Counted from the first letter of the stretch, positions 26,739 to 40,345 are shown. The stretch is 64,000 bases of DNA from Octopus sinensis (GCF_006345805.1 NW_021836129.1:315332-379331); one strand, 5' to 3'. Notes: generated from the letters alone by a model not told the origin. Made by a program: numbers and translations.

Positions 26739-29700
26739 GAGTCCATTTGAAAAAGTTTAGTCAATCTTCTTAATGTCTTTCATTGTTTTTGTTCATGTTG
26801 CTCCGAGCTAACATTTCATTCACAAATGGATTTGATTCGGATATATTCAGGATAATTTTAAACTTGAAATTAAAACAAATTAAAAATCTTTTCAGTAAAA
26901 ACTAAAAAAAAACTTTTCGGTGGGGAGTTTTAGGGGTGAAATCATTAAATTGGTAAACAATATTTAGAATGTTTAAAATCGAGATCATGATTTGTTGATA
27001 AATTTTCGACATCATCAACAAAAGCCGAAGTCTGCTTATTTGAAATCGCCTGATCTTTTGATGGATGCAATTGTCAGAATAAGGACACAATACTGCACTG
27101 TCTTCATTCCTCTGTCAGAGTCGGCTGATTGTTTTGTGTTTTGATTATCTTGCACGAGGGAATTATTTTCTTTCTCCCCAGAATTATCATTTTACTTTTC
27201 GTTGGAAAGCCATTGGAAATTTGTCGAGCTGGTTATTACCGTTTTGGGAGATCGCGAAGAACACCTAACTCATTCAAATAAATGAAAGAATAAATCGAAT
27301 GTCTCAAATCTCTTTGAGTAGTGATTAAGTAACAGTCAACAGGATTTCTCTCTCCCCTAAGCAATGCCGAATTTTACAAGCACAGGACTTTGGACTTAGA
27401 ATGTGCCGAGAATGTGCCTTTTATTGTATTTCAAAGGTATATTCATTAATCATTTTAGTATCTAGAGATTTTAGCTACGACCATAAAATGGTGGAAAACA
27501 TGATAAACGAGCAGTATTCAAAGATGAGCAATGTCTTTACCACCAAGGCCGACAGCTTTGAAGTTTCACCAACCTTGCCCATCTTTCTTTTCTTTCATAA
27601 CAGAGGCGATGATTAAGCACTTTATAGTTTAATTGTAATGTTTACTGCCAAGATAACTCTAGAAAAGGGTTAGACTATATTGTTAATCAGAGGGGTAGTG
27701 TGTTCTACTTTTTCGAAACAGAGGTTCCTGTTTTTTAACATTCAAAGAATTTGCTCTGTGTCTTGAACAGTTTAGATTCTCAAAAGAGGTCTGGTCGTGA
27801 GTAGTCTTCATTATTTCCAGTTAAAATATATTGATTTTGCTGCGTGTGATAAAAATATCCAATTGTTCTATTAAAATTTCTATTCCATTAATTTCGCATT
27901 TTTTTACCAAAAATTTTCGATGATATGATAACCTAAAAAATCTTGCCCGAACCGGATAATTAATGAAAATTAAACAAGAAAATTATTATTAAACCAGGAA
28001 AGTGAACCCAAATAGTAATTCATTAATTATTATCTAATTACATTACACAGAATATTGGTAGGTTCCGTACAATATATACGGCACATTTGATTTACAGTAT
28101 CATCTTTAAAGTGCAAGTATACGTCTTGAGCAAACTTATTACAGAAAAATTTCTAGAACATTTTCAAAAATAATACTGGCTGACACTTGTAAAAAAATCA
28201 TCTGATTCTGGGATCAAACTATAATAAGTCAACACACGCAATACGCTTTATGCTTCGCGATGGTGTGTGCACAAAATGTATTTGATGTTTGAAATCTAAG
28301 AGATTCAAATGTAACTAGAAAAACAACATAACATTAATTGATTCTGGACTATATGAGAATGGAACGAAGTATTTCTCCTTTGGCATAGTTCTATTTGAGA
28401 TAAATGTGTCATCATACACGGTTGTCAACGATGCAAGATTTCCCAAAGTGTTCACGTGGATGTAGGTGAGACTACTGCAGTCTTTCAAATTTCTACCATA
28501 ATTATAGTCATTTACTCACAAAGTCTCTAGTGGGATAAAGTTACCGTTATTCCCAAAACTGGCATCTCCAAGTTGAAACAAATTTGAAGTTGCACAAGTT
28601 CTAGAAACAATAAACAGATTATCTACAAATCTGTGAGACTTTTGTGCATATCAAATTGGTAAAAGAGTCTTCAAAAGATGTCATGCCCTTTAGAATCATA
28701 GTTGTAAGTGTCGAAGAAAAAGAATTTTCATAATCACAGTTAGTCACCTCCGAGGTCGAGAAATCGCAAATATCTCCCGAAATGACTGAAAAGAAAAGAC
28801 AAGAAAATATAGGCCAGCATTTGAAGGAATTACTTATAAGTTTATTGCCATTTCAATGTTAGCCACTCAAAATAAGACAAATAATACAACTAAACTTTAC
28901 TAGAATTTTAGATATAAACTCACGATAATAAATTTATTGAGAAAATTTATGAAGAACCATCGACGAGAATAACCTGACAGTTCAAACTTAGTCAACCTGT
29001 TCAAACTATAAACAAATATCAATCTTCCTTTATAACTATCACATTTGATGAATGGCATTAAGACCTGAGAGTTTAAAAATTGCTAAAAATATCCGCCGAT
29101 CTTTAAAGGACAATACTTCTTTATTTTTTAATTTCAAGAAATAAATTCGGAAGAGACCCGGAGTCACTTAATAATAAAGAGAAAAAAGTGCCCAATTATT
29201 TTTTAGCGAATTTTAAACACAAAGCAAATTTTGTCTACACCCTTTTAAAAGAATAGTACTTTTCATTAATTATCACTTTTAAATGGTCATTTATTTGAAT
29301 GCGTCGATCGTCTCATTTCCAACTCTCCTTTTTTGCTACTACACAATAAAAATGACTTTATTTAGTCGTTTTGTGACGACTTTGTCTTCAACTCCTAGGG
29401 GGCAAATCGTCGTTCTAGAGAGTTGACTTACTCTTTGCTGACCAAAATAGCCACGACGCTCTCCAATTTAAGTAGGAAATGTTGAGTCAGCTACGTCCCA
29501 GATATGATGTGTTTGTCATTGACATTCTGCAAGTCACCGCCATATGTAATCTAATGGTCTTAGTTCGCTGAGTATGTTATTTATATTCCTTATTTCATTC
29601 ATTTTGAATATGACAGTGGGTGACAGTGCTGTGATGACTCAGAAAGAATTGATTAAACGCAATTTGTCGGAAAATAACAAAAGTACAAAATATAATCGGA

Positions 29701-30405
29701 TCTTCACAAATAAACTAGACTTGTCCCCTGAACTTATGAAACTGAACAAAATCCGAATGAATAGCCTTAAGAAGACACTGCTCTCCACTAATAATCTGCA
29801 TATACTTGGATCCTGCAATCTGCATTAATTGATATACCACTCCCACCAGGATATCCTTTAATAACACACACTCAAACACCTTTATAACACTCGGAATATT
29901 CCTACAACTCGCCATTTCCACATATTTCCCCACCAACACTGCACTCTCTATCCCAATTCTACCACGGAAACTCTCCACAAGTGACACCACTCGCACAAAT
30001 TTCTCGGCAGGTCCAACCAAAAGGTCACTTTCACTACAATTCGACGACCTTTCAACAAGACACTCCAGCAAATCTATAAGTTAGCCAATTTTATACTAAC
30101 TGTTCATTATGAGGAATATTGACCCTTTAAACTTATCGAATTGAGCATGTTGTTTTACTATAATAGCACTCAGCAGACTGCAGTGTCCATTAAATAGACA
30201 AAACTGGTCACTCCTTTCCCCAATAAGCATTAATAACAATTCTACCAAAGAAGGAGACAACAACCGAGTCTAAAATATTAAATAATCAATAATTCCATAT
30301 TTTAGCCCAATAAGTAAGACAGGAAATCCAAATTTATTAACCACAGAGAGCCAAGTTTGACGACCCTCTCAATTATCTAAGGAATATAAAAACGTGTTTT
30401 ACTGA
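26739..30405. repeat. Tandem segmental duplication, copy B
   Basis: Near-identical to 21596-25346; differences are mostly 1-bp indels. Confidence 0.95.
28030..28820 (-). pseudogene. Secreted LRR protein copy B, frameshifted in the signal peptide
   Basis: Copy of 22933-23721 with a net +4 nt change near 28790-28805. Confidence 0.5.
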
Positions 30406-33400
30406 AGGAATCTCTGCTATTAGTTTCCTGTGGACAGTCTTGGGAAGATTACACTCAAACAGAGCAGCCAGAACAACACAGGCACCATTACTATGATTCT
30501 ACAGGATGAATATAACAGCAAACCATAGAATTGATTGCCAAGGACACAACATAATGTATGCATATTATTTTCTGAACTCGAATAAATGCCACCAACACAT
30601 CACAGAGGGACTTGGAACATTTCTGTGAGAATGACTGCTCATGTCTCATAAGGGGAAAGAGCATTGAGAGACATATAAAGGCCAGTTTTCATCAGAGATA
30701 CAACAACTCTCATTTATCAGTTCTAACCACTCCCCACAGACAAAAGCCAAGAAAGGAGACCCTCGATTGTAGAAATATTCATTTCCTGTGACAGAATGCT
30801 CACGTTAGAAATTAAATGTTGTTTGAATGCCTTGTAGTACAAAGATATTATAGCTTTTGCTATCGAGGACAACTTTCCCCTGGCAATCTCAGTGTTTATA
30901 ATTGCGACTGCGACAGAGAGCAAATCAACATGCGTAAATAAATCATTCATAGACATACAATCCATTAAACCATATACTTTTCTAACAATGTTTTTCTATC
31001 ACAATTCATTCAATACAAATCAACCGATTTAGACACTCTGAATATAAAACAAGTCAACTGTAACATCATTCTTTGATCAACACAAACATCCAATTGATGA
31101 CATAACTACTATTTAAACATATAAAGTACTGTCTCTGTTAAATTCACAGTCCAATCACAGCATAAGTTGAGTTTGCTGAGAGATTTAGGCAATAAAGGCC
31201 ATTTTTTAGCATATTTGTAAAAAACTGATTTGGGGCTGATGAAATGAGAGCCTCAACACAGTCTGAGTGAGTAATGAGCTGACTGAGCAGAGAGTCAATC
31301 AACTCTTCAGACTGTTTAACCGAACTCCCCCCACAACTCACAACCCAAAAAATGACCTCACTGACCTTCCTCTTTTCCACATGACTCAATAACTCAATCC
31401 TCAGACAAGACACAATCTAAATAATCAAAATAAATACATAAATAAATATTTCATAATCCACAACAGTCCCCTCTATCCCCTCTACAGTCTTGATAAGGTC
31501 AGCCGAGGATATGAGGAGATTGGTGTAGAGGGGGGACAGTTCAAGCAAGTTGGGGGACTTGAGAAAGTTATCAATATCGGGGATGATATTTGGAAGGGTT
31601 AAAGAAGAGATTATTAATTTAGCAAACGAGGAGACCATCTGTTGGTTCATAATGGGGATGAGGATACTACTATTCGATAGTATAAACACAACATAGTCAG
31701 CCAACTCCATCTTTATCATTAATATGATTAAATACATGTTTTTCCAGATATTCCAGACATTCAAAAACAGCATGGCGGAGTTCTCTGTCATCCCCAATTC
31801 CACTTTGTCGTCTTTTCCATGCACCACCAGCACCCACTCGACACTGCCCGACAGGGGAGAGGACAGTGGTGGCCAGTACTTTAGTCTTTACTCTAATAAG
31901 ACAAGACTAGTGAGAATAAACAGCACAAATACACCATATTGTGAGTAGATTTACAATTGTCGATAAATTGATTGACAATTGCACTCATTTCCTCATCAAA
32001 GAAGACAGACATGTCAAACAGTGACTGAGTGGATGTACAAACACACTCAAAAAAGGGGAGAAACACACTCCAACAGGGATAGAAAGACAGTATATCCACC
32101 CACATCAACCTACACTCACAAATACCCTCAATACATATTTAAACAGACCAATACAGCTCACACACAACGATTGACTGCCCTGTCCATGTTTTTTGAACAA
32201 TTCACACAAAAACTCAACCAATCCCACACACTTCTCCAGCCGAATACGTATATATTCGACCACCCTCACAGCAGTGGGGACAAATGAAGGGTAGGGCACA
32301 CAACACGACACAATTCTCACATTTTATCAGAATATTCTACTTTGCAGGAGAAGGCACACTCAGTCCTGTCTTGTAGAGCACGTCGATCAGTCTTTCTATG
32401 AATTTGGGACTTGTTCTGAGTTGGCCAGCCAAATCTGCCAGCCTGTCCAAAAGGACTGAGTTCTGGTGGAGGAGACACTGCCGGAGAATGACACTCAGAT
32501 ATGGCTCGATGATAGCCCAGTCAATATTACTTAAATACTCGAATAGTATTAATGTATTTGGACTATGTGAGTATAACTTTGTACTTTTCTATGTTCTTTA
32601 CTGCTTGTTTTACTATATTTATCAAGTCCTTTCGAAAGGGCTCGTCTTTTGGTAAGAAATCGGGGTTTAGAGAAGACAGAGTCCTCAAATAGCAGGCCAA
32701 ATCATCCACCAATTCGGTAAAGTTTGACTGTACGTGAGAAAAGTAGATTATTGATAATTCTTTAATTAAATTGTAACATAAATCTCCATAGTTATATCTA
32801 AAATAAATATTAATAATAAACTTTTGTGTATGTTGATGTGTGTGCAATGTAGTGACAACAAAAACACACAAATCACTGAACAAATGGAAGTTTAGTGAGG
32901 CAAGACAGGCCATATTCTGCACAATCTGCTGTTCTGTGTCGTCAATGGGGGAATTAGGACAGCCGAGAGTATTTCATTAAGGAAGGACTCAACCTCGTCT
33001 TTGTAGCAAAGATGAGTACACCTCACATCATAAAGAATGGAATACAGTCTGAACAATTCGTTAATAATCTGGAAATGAGTTCACAGGCAGGCCTACGAGG
33101 GTGTGTCCCACCAGATTATTCCACTGAATGACGACTATTTGTGTCAGTAATTGGGCGAGGGAAAAATGGACTGGTTGGAGCACGTGTTTTGGAATGAGCG
33201 CGAAATTTTGGAGGAATTTAAACTGATGTGGTGTGATATGAAATTACTATATTTTTTTGGTTCAATGTTAGAATGATTTCCAAGTCTTTTTGTGATACAT
33301 TTTTAATTATTGTTAAATGTGATATTTCATCTTGTAAATATGAACATATTTTAGTTTTTAGATTCTTTAATAAATTTGAATATTAAATACATTTAGTTTT

Positions 33401-33471
33401 ATTATTTTCTTTGATGGTATTTGTCCATTGCAATTTTGAAAGGATTCCGATTCCGGCATCACAAGAGACAT
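29300..33471 (-). CDS. TRRAP: TRRAP-like segment A (about human aa 700-1370), HEAT-rich, micro-introns, several indels; start uncertain
   Basis: Collinear PVNSFQIINELFR vs PYNYFLLLRALFR, LFSDLCVFV vs LFVELCLTV, YLRTL...LNPDFL...PFRKDL vs GLRTL...LQPDFL...PVRAEL, GVTSFVYLMD vs GVVSIKFLME, LECLVER vs LEQLLMR, EDPIIFCT vs EGNTFCT. Confidence 0.6.
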
Positions 33472-33546
33472 TATTAAACACGTTAATTTATTACTTAATT
33501 AATTAAAATATAAATAATTAAAAATATCCTTAAATATAATAAATAA

Positions 33547-35091
33547 TCATGATTTAAGACGTATGTGATACTCCCCATTAAGTGCACTATATCGAACCCA
33601 TGAAGATGACTTGTAGAATGCCTTATCAGTAATCGACAACGACCTGATCTATTACACCCACGACTACCTCACATTGATCCCCGACAGTGTAAAGTTGACC
33701 AACTCAAACTCGACAATGATTGGTATAGACAGATAGGTAGTGCTACTGTTCACTAGTGTTGTGGGTAATGTGACTTGTGCACTGAGAGTACATGTCCGTT
33801 CTTTCTATATAAACATCATAATCACACAAAAATAAAATTATTTGATAATTAATTAAATATAAAATAATTTAATTAATTATATGGTTAATCAAAAATATAA
33901 TAAAGAAGGTAACCGAAAGTCCGCGAATAGTCCACACAAGGCAGTTCTGGTTGGGATCGTACTGACACGTCCCTCTACTGACCTTAATCTGAGGCATAAA
34001 AATATCAGAAGGCACAGGAAGAAGTATTTTAACCATTTTTGCAGCAATATTAATCCTACTACTAACCTATCCACTACAACAACACAACAACCCTGCCCTG
34101 AATCACAAATTGTGACTCATTTCTCTCATATTTGGCACTCACATCGAAAGGAGGCTCATTCTAGGCCAGTAGTGACACATATAACTGAGAGGGTGATTCG
34201 ATAGGTCATTAACTCAAACTCTCCATCAGGGGGGATAAACTGGATCACATTCTGCCTCTCAAAATCAGCCAAGGAGACACACTGGTGGAACTTGACGTCC
34301 TCCAACATGACTGATTAGGCACACAATCTACCAGAATGAGGCCTCTGTTCTCCATATTTGGGCAAAATGACTCGATCAGCGAACAGTAGCCTCAGTTCAG
34401 GCATTCCACTAAGTCTGGTTTTGAGTTTAAGCAGTCCTGTGACGTAGTTATGGACAACATTCCCATTTGAGTGGATAAGGACATTACTCTTCTCCACCAC
34501 GTCCAAATAGCACGTGTTGTTGGAGTACTGTAGGCCTGGTGTCCTCCAAGACACAGAATCCGTCACGGAAGTGGGTGGTTTGGTGATGCGAGGTTTGCGG
34601 ACAATGAAGGACTTGGAGATTGGTTTTATATATCTGTGGGTGTTGGAGGGGAGTACTCTCGAAGGATGCCTGGGTCGGTGGTTTGGGGGATCCCCCAGTC
34701 GACCAGTTCGTCTAATAGTTCATAGATCAAAGGGCAGTTATCAATTTCCGCAATGTCGGTAAAATCACGGAAATAGTGTTGGAATACACATATTAGTTGA
34801 TGTAGGAATTCAAAGCACATTGCTGTATTTGTGTTGGTGTGGGTGAGAACGACGACTAGGGTTATATTGGCACAATACAGTAATAATTATTGTTTTTTAT
34901 ATATAAGTAATATGTGTCCTCGTCTATCAAGATGGGAGAATTGTGTCCTTCCTCCACTAAAAGGGGGAATGATTTGATGCACTGTCCAGATATGTTGGGC
35001 ATGTATTGACGACATATTAATGGCTATAATAGGTTAGGTTGTTTATTACTTCTGCTGAGTTGTCCAGAATATAAATAGCAGATATTGTCAT
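33547..35091 (-). CDS. AP1M1: Clathrin adaptor AP-1 complex mu subunit
   Basis: MTISAIYILD..., IYELLDELVDWGIPQTTD, VSWR, LSGMPELRL, LEDVKFHQCV, FIPPDGEFELMTYR, SGINVR...SWVRY...NGEYHIR*. Confidence 0.88.
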
Positions 35092-35180
35092 CTGTTTGAC
35101 TATCACAACAATACACTTTATTTTTATATTCAATATGTTATTAAACATTATTTATATTAAGGTTTTCTAAATCAAAAAAA

Positions 35181-35250
35181 TGTGCCTTTGTGGATTCGAA
35201 CCCAGGACCTCTGAGAACTGTCCTCGTTGTCCGAATGATTGACAGTGCCA
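35181..35250 (-). other. tRNA-like Pol III element (pseudo-tRNA or SINE head)
   Basis: B-box GGTTCGAATCC, tRNA-like spacing, 4-bp D-like hairpin and a downstream T7 run; acceptor stem does not pair. Confidence 0.35.
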
Positions 35251-35382
35251 TAAAATTGATACAACAGATCTACATTTAAAGTAATATTTAACATTAAAAA
35301 ATATTAGCAATAACTTTAATCATAAACTAATAAAGTAAAAGCTTGATTCTAAATGAATAATAAAGCAATTAACAGTCAATAA

Positions 35383-37173
35383 ATGCACGCTATTGATGAT
35401 GGGTCCACAGCGGATAAAATATTTTCATCAGTGTACAGCCTGTCCTACAAGTAGAGAACTAACCTAATGAGTAGTGACTTGATCATCCTCCCCGGCTACA
35501 TCGACTTTGCGGCAGACCAAGTGGTATGTCTAAAGTGTCATTTCAGAACTTGAAAACCAATTTAACCAAAAAAATAGTCCTGAATTGCCCATTCGTATCA
35601 TCCCCCATGGACACGGTGACAGAGTTCCGAATGGCAATCGCCATGGCGGTATTGACTGACCGACATTGGTAGTTGGAGGGGGGCATAGGCATAATCCACA
35701 ACAACTGTCTCCCGAGGAACAAGCCAGTCATGTCCGACTAGTCAAATCCTCCAAACAGGGCTTCATTATGAACCCAGTTGTCGTCTCCCCCAGCACTACT
35801 GTGGCAGAATACAAAATCCTGGTCAATAAACATGGCTTTTCTGGCTTCCCGGTGACACTAATGGACGGTTGTTGGGCCTGGTGACTCAACGGGACATTGA
35901 CTTGTGCTGTGTGTCCGACCAGACGAGGATGGAAGTGGTTGCCCTCGACTTGTCACTGCAGGTGATGACCCCCAGAGAGTCATTGGTCACTTCTAACGAC
36001 GGGATCAACCTCCAAGACGCCTACAAGACTCTCCGAAATGTAAAGAAAGGAAAACTGCCAATCGTGGACAAAGAGGACTGTCTGGTTGCACTGGTCACCA
36101 GAAAAGACATAATAAAAAACTGTGAATTCCCCAACTCAGTGGTGGACCAAAGGTAGTCTGAATATGACTAATAGAAATCAATTGATGTGTGGAGCCGCCG
36201 TGAGCACTCGTGAGTGTGACCGTGAAAGAGTGGGTCTGCTAGTGGAGGCACAAGTGGATGTAATTGTGGTGGTATGTGGGACTACTTGACCAATGAAGGA
36301 CTCCTCCCAAGGCAACTCGGTCTTTCAATTAGAAATGGTCAAGTTCATTAAGCAGAACTACCCGCAAGTGGAGGTAATTGGAGGAAATGGTAAAACATTG
36401 TGGCAATAGAACAGTGGTGACTGCCTCCCAGGCCATCAACCTCATCAATGCAGGCGTGGATGGTCTGCGAGTAGGAATGGGGTCGGGATCTATTTGTATC
36501 ACCCAGGAAGGTCAGTCACCCACTAATCCCCCAGTCATGGCTGTTGGTCGAGGACAGGCCAGTGCTGTGTACCACGTCAGTCAGTTGGCCAGACAATTCG
36601 GAGTGCCAGTCATTGCCGATGGGGGAGTCCAGTCCCCGGGACACATCGCCAAGGCAATTGCCCTGGGAGCCTCCACAGGTACCCATTCAGCCACATCCAC
36701 TAGTCATGATGGGATCCATGTTTGCTGCCACCTCCGAATCCCCCGTGGAGTCCTCCCTCATCAACGACGTCAAAGTGAGGCCTTATCGCGGAATGGGGTC
36801 ACTCGATGCCATGGAGTTGACCAAGGATGTCCAGGCTCGATATTTATGGTTGGGGTATTACTCATCGTAGCCACGGGTCCTCCATTCAAGTGGCTCAGGG
36901 GGTGTCCGGCACAGTCGTCGACAAGGGATCCGCCCATATCTTCCTCAAATATCTTTCACAGAGTTTAAAGCAGAGTCTTCAAGACATGGGAGGACTGTCC
37001 ATTCCAGTTATACAGTTTGTGATGTCTTTATATTCCAAGTAATGCACTCGCCAGTGGGGATTTACTGTTTGAAGTGAGGACAATGTCTGCTCAATGTGAG
37101 GGCTCTGTCCACGGTCTCTACTCGTATGCTCCCCTCTCTAATCCCCTTTAGATTTGATAAGAAGTTGTACTAG
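35383..37173 (+). CDS. IMPDH: Inosine-5'-monophosphate dehydrogenase
   Basis: [25 protein letters not shown] pair, DSSQGNS, catalytic [19 protein letters not shown]-terminal HGLYSFDKKLY*; micro-introns and a few 1-bp indels. Confidence 0.95.
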
Positions 37174-37309
37174 TTGGTCAACTAACGCACTAATAGTCAT
37201 TAAATGAATAAATTAAGATTATTTATTAGTTAATTTATATATGGTTAAATATAGCATATTTAATAAAATAAATAATTGTCTGTGGGCTTGATGGGTGTTG
37301 CATTCATCA

Positions 37310-40300
37310 GGTCATTCCTCGATGATGGAGATATACAAAAATATGGTGTGATTCCCTTATTCCCAATCGTAGAGTCACTGCCTTATATACTAAGAGTAGT
37401 ACTGGAGTCGTGCTGTCGAAACTACGATTCAAAACAGATTAAAAGAAATGAAATATTAAAAATAATAAATTGGAAGCAAACTCTCCAGTCTTGTCCTACC
37501 ATTTTGTTTAAGCCTGCCCGAGTAATGCTGAAGGGCTTCACGTAATGAATTATCTAATGAGTGTAGAGCCATTCCTATAGTGTGTGACATGGCCACTATT
37601 CGTGAGTCACTCCACACTCCACTTGTCACACATGTTAAACCACAATGCCAATTAGACATGTTTATTGACCATTCAATCCAATCAGAAGTGTATTAATTAA
37701 TATAATTAAGTAGTGGAGGGAGCCACCTCAAACTGTTTGGAGAGACGTGTCCATTCCACAAGAAGGAATGCTTATTGTTTGAGAGTATTTATAACCCCAG
37801 GTCAAACCATGCCAGCCAAGAGAACGAATTCAGAAAGCACTACGAGCAATATAGAATTCTCAAAGTAATCAATTAGTTAATTAATATTGCTCTTTGTGGG
37901 TCATTGATTAGTGGGCGGGTGAGACGTTTGATGACATTGCTGTGGTCCCTCCTGGTCTGGGAGTGCCCCACCACTTTAATGTCGAGTTAATGGCCCGTTT
38001 TATAATGGAGAAGGACAGCCAGGTGTACCCCGACAGTGTGATTGGGACTGATAGTAACATCTCCATTCTCAATGGACTGGGAATACTGAGTATTGGTTGG
38101 TGGTAGTCTCACTAACTCAGCCACTTGCTCTGCCCAGTCGGAGTGTGCTATATTAGGGCTGGCAATCCACATGAGTCTCCTCCAAGTGGTGGGTTGTCGT
38201 GTTTACGGACGACTCAGCCCCCACGTCACCTCCACTGACATTGTGTTGGGAATAATTCGAGTCATTAATCACTCATTCATTCACAGGCTCTCAAAGATGA
38301 ACTCAAATCGGACAATTTTGTCGAGTTCTTTGGTCCTGGGGTTTGTCTTCTCTCTGTTAATGAACGAATGACTATTGCCAACATGAGCAATGAATTTGCC
38401 GCCATTGCTGCCTTTTTCCCGCCAGATGACATACTAATTAAACACGTGGAATCAATTAGTTAATTATTTATTTAATTTGCAGAGGGAGGTCATGTGGGTA
38501 ATAAAATAAAGCAGTACTTCCAATCAGCAGGGTTATTTAGAAGTGAGTGTTGTGGAGATGAAAGATTGGAATATTCTAAGGTAATTTTAATATACATATG
38601 TAGATTATAAATATTAATCTTGGTTTAATTGAACCAATTTGTACTTTCAGAGGGGAGAGGTGTCTTGTCCCTGAACTGCCCTCATTTATTAAGCAGAAAA
38701 TAACGAGTACAGACATATCATCTGCCTCCATAATCCACTACACCAATCATACTGTTTCTTCGGTCATCCTGGCTGCTGGTTTTGTCCTATAAATAATTTG
38801 TATAGGGATTATGGCCAGAAATGCAGTCGAAGCTGGTCTTGCTGTAAAACCCAATGTGAAGTGCAGTCTCCTACCAGGGAACTCAATGAGTGTGTCCTAC
38901 TTACTTCTGAGTGGCACATATCACTACCTTTGCTCTCTCGGGTTTGTTTATGGTGATATATGCAGGTTTGTGCTGGTGGGGTACGGATGTAGTGATTGTG
39001 TGAGTAATTATGAGTCACTCAACTCGACTGATAATGTGTGGTAGTTTCTAGAACATTCTAGAAGGGTCTGCTAACATTGGCGGTCACATCAAAGAGTTGT
39101 GAGTATTTGAAGCATCAGGATATTTTGCTGGTGTCTCCTTTGTTTGTGGTTGCATATGCTCTCGTGGGGGATGTCTCGTTTGACTTTTCCTCACAGTCAA
39201 TTGGTTAGTGTTTAGTATTATGCAAGGTCGACATTGGAAGAGTGGTAGACAATTATTTCTATCAGATATATGGCCTACCAGACAACAGATACAAGTTAAT
39301 TAATTAGTGTTGATTGCCAATTAGACGAGTATTATTAATGATATCAACCCCACTCTATATCAACAGACTAAAAAGAAGATACAAGTAATCTCATTGCTGA
39401 TTGGTAGACTGGCTCAGTCGAGTGGAATAAAATAGACTCAGTGGGACATGCCCTCTTCCAGTGGAATCCCAGCTCCCCCTCAGTCCTTCCATCCTATATT
39501 GTGCTTATATATAATCCTCACTATTAGGACTACACCAGTAATAATAGAATTAAGTCATTATTCAATTCTCGGGCAATATTGATTGTTGGTGATGATGTCA
39601 CGTCTGGTTATATTGCACCTGCTGGGAGTATTCCGAGGAATAGTCCTGTCTCACACTTTTTACTTTCTACTGGGTTGGGTTATTGTTGTGTATTCAGGCT
39701 TGTCCCCCGTGATTTTGGGTCGTATGGGTCACATCGAGGGTCCCACCAAGTTATGGTGAGAGGGATGTTCTGCAATCCAAAGCTGGAGAGATTATTGAAA
39801 GGGAAATGCCAGTTTATTAGCACTGCGGACTACTGTGGGTGTCAAGTAGTGCACTACCCCTCCCTCGAGTGCCTTCCACTCTGGTCTGCCTGTGCCCGGT
39901 ATAGCCAGGAGGGAGTGCCACTCATACTCATTGCTGGGCATAATTTCGGGAGTGGCCCACCGAGGGATTGGACAGCCAGAGGACTAGGAGTGATGGTATA
40001 GAGTGAGTACAAGTGTAGGGGATTAAATGTGTCATTGCTGTTCCATGTCCGAATGGGTGAGGTTTGATTTGATTAGTACTGGGATTGTGCCCCTGTGCTT
40101 TGCTGCAGGAACCACATCTGACACTCTGGGGTTGGTTGGGAATGAGTTGTATGAGATTGACTTTCCCTTTGTGGTTGAGCCTAATTGTATGGTTCGATTG
40201 AAAGTAATGGGTGGCCTATTCATTTTAGGTGGACTGTGAAATGGAGTGTTATGTCACACTTGAATGCAGAACTGATTTTGAAATAGCAATGTTGAACAAT

Positions 40301-40345
40301 GGAGGGGCATTTCAATATTGCTATCGACAAATTTGTTCTCGATAA
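37310..40345 (+). CDS. ACO1: Cytosolic aconitase/iron regulatory protein 1 homolog with degenerate active site; start not located
   Basis: [66 protein letters not shown]...*; full domain order preserved. Confidence 0.85.

Noticed and set aside
35181-35250. Functional tRNA or tRNA-Sec that could decode the TRRAP TGAs
   Set aside because: No paired acceptor stem, no TCA anticodon, no long variable arm.
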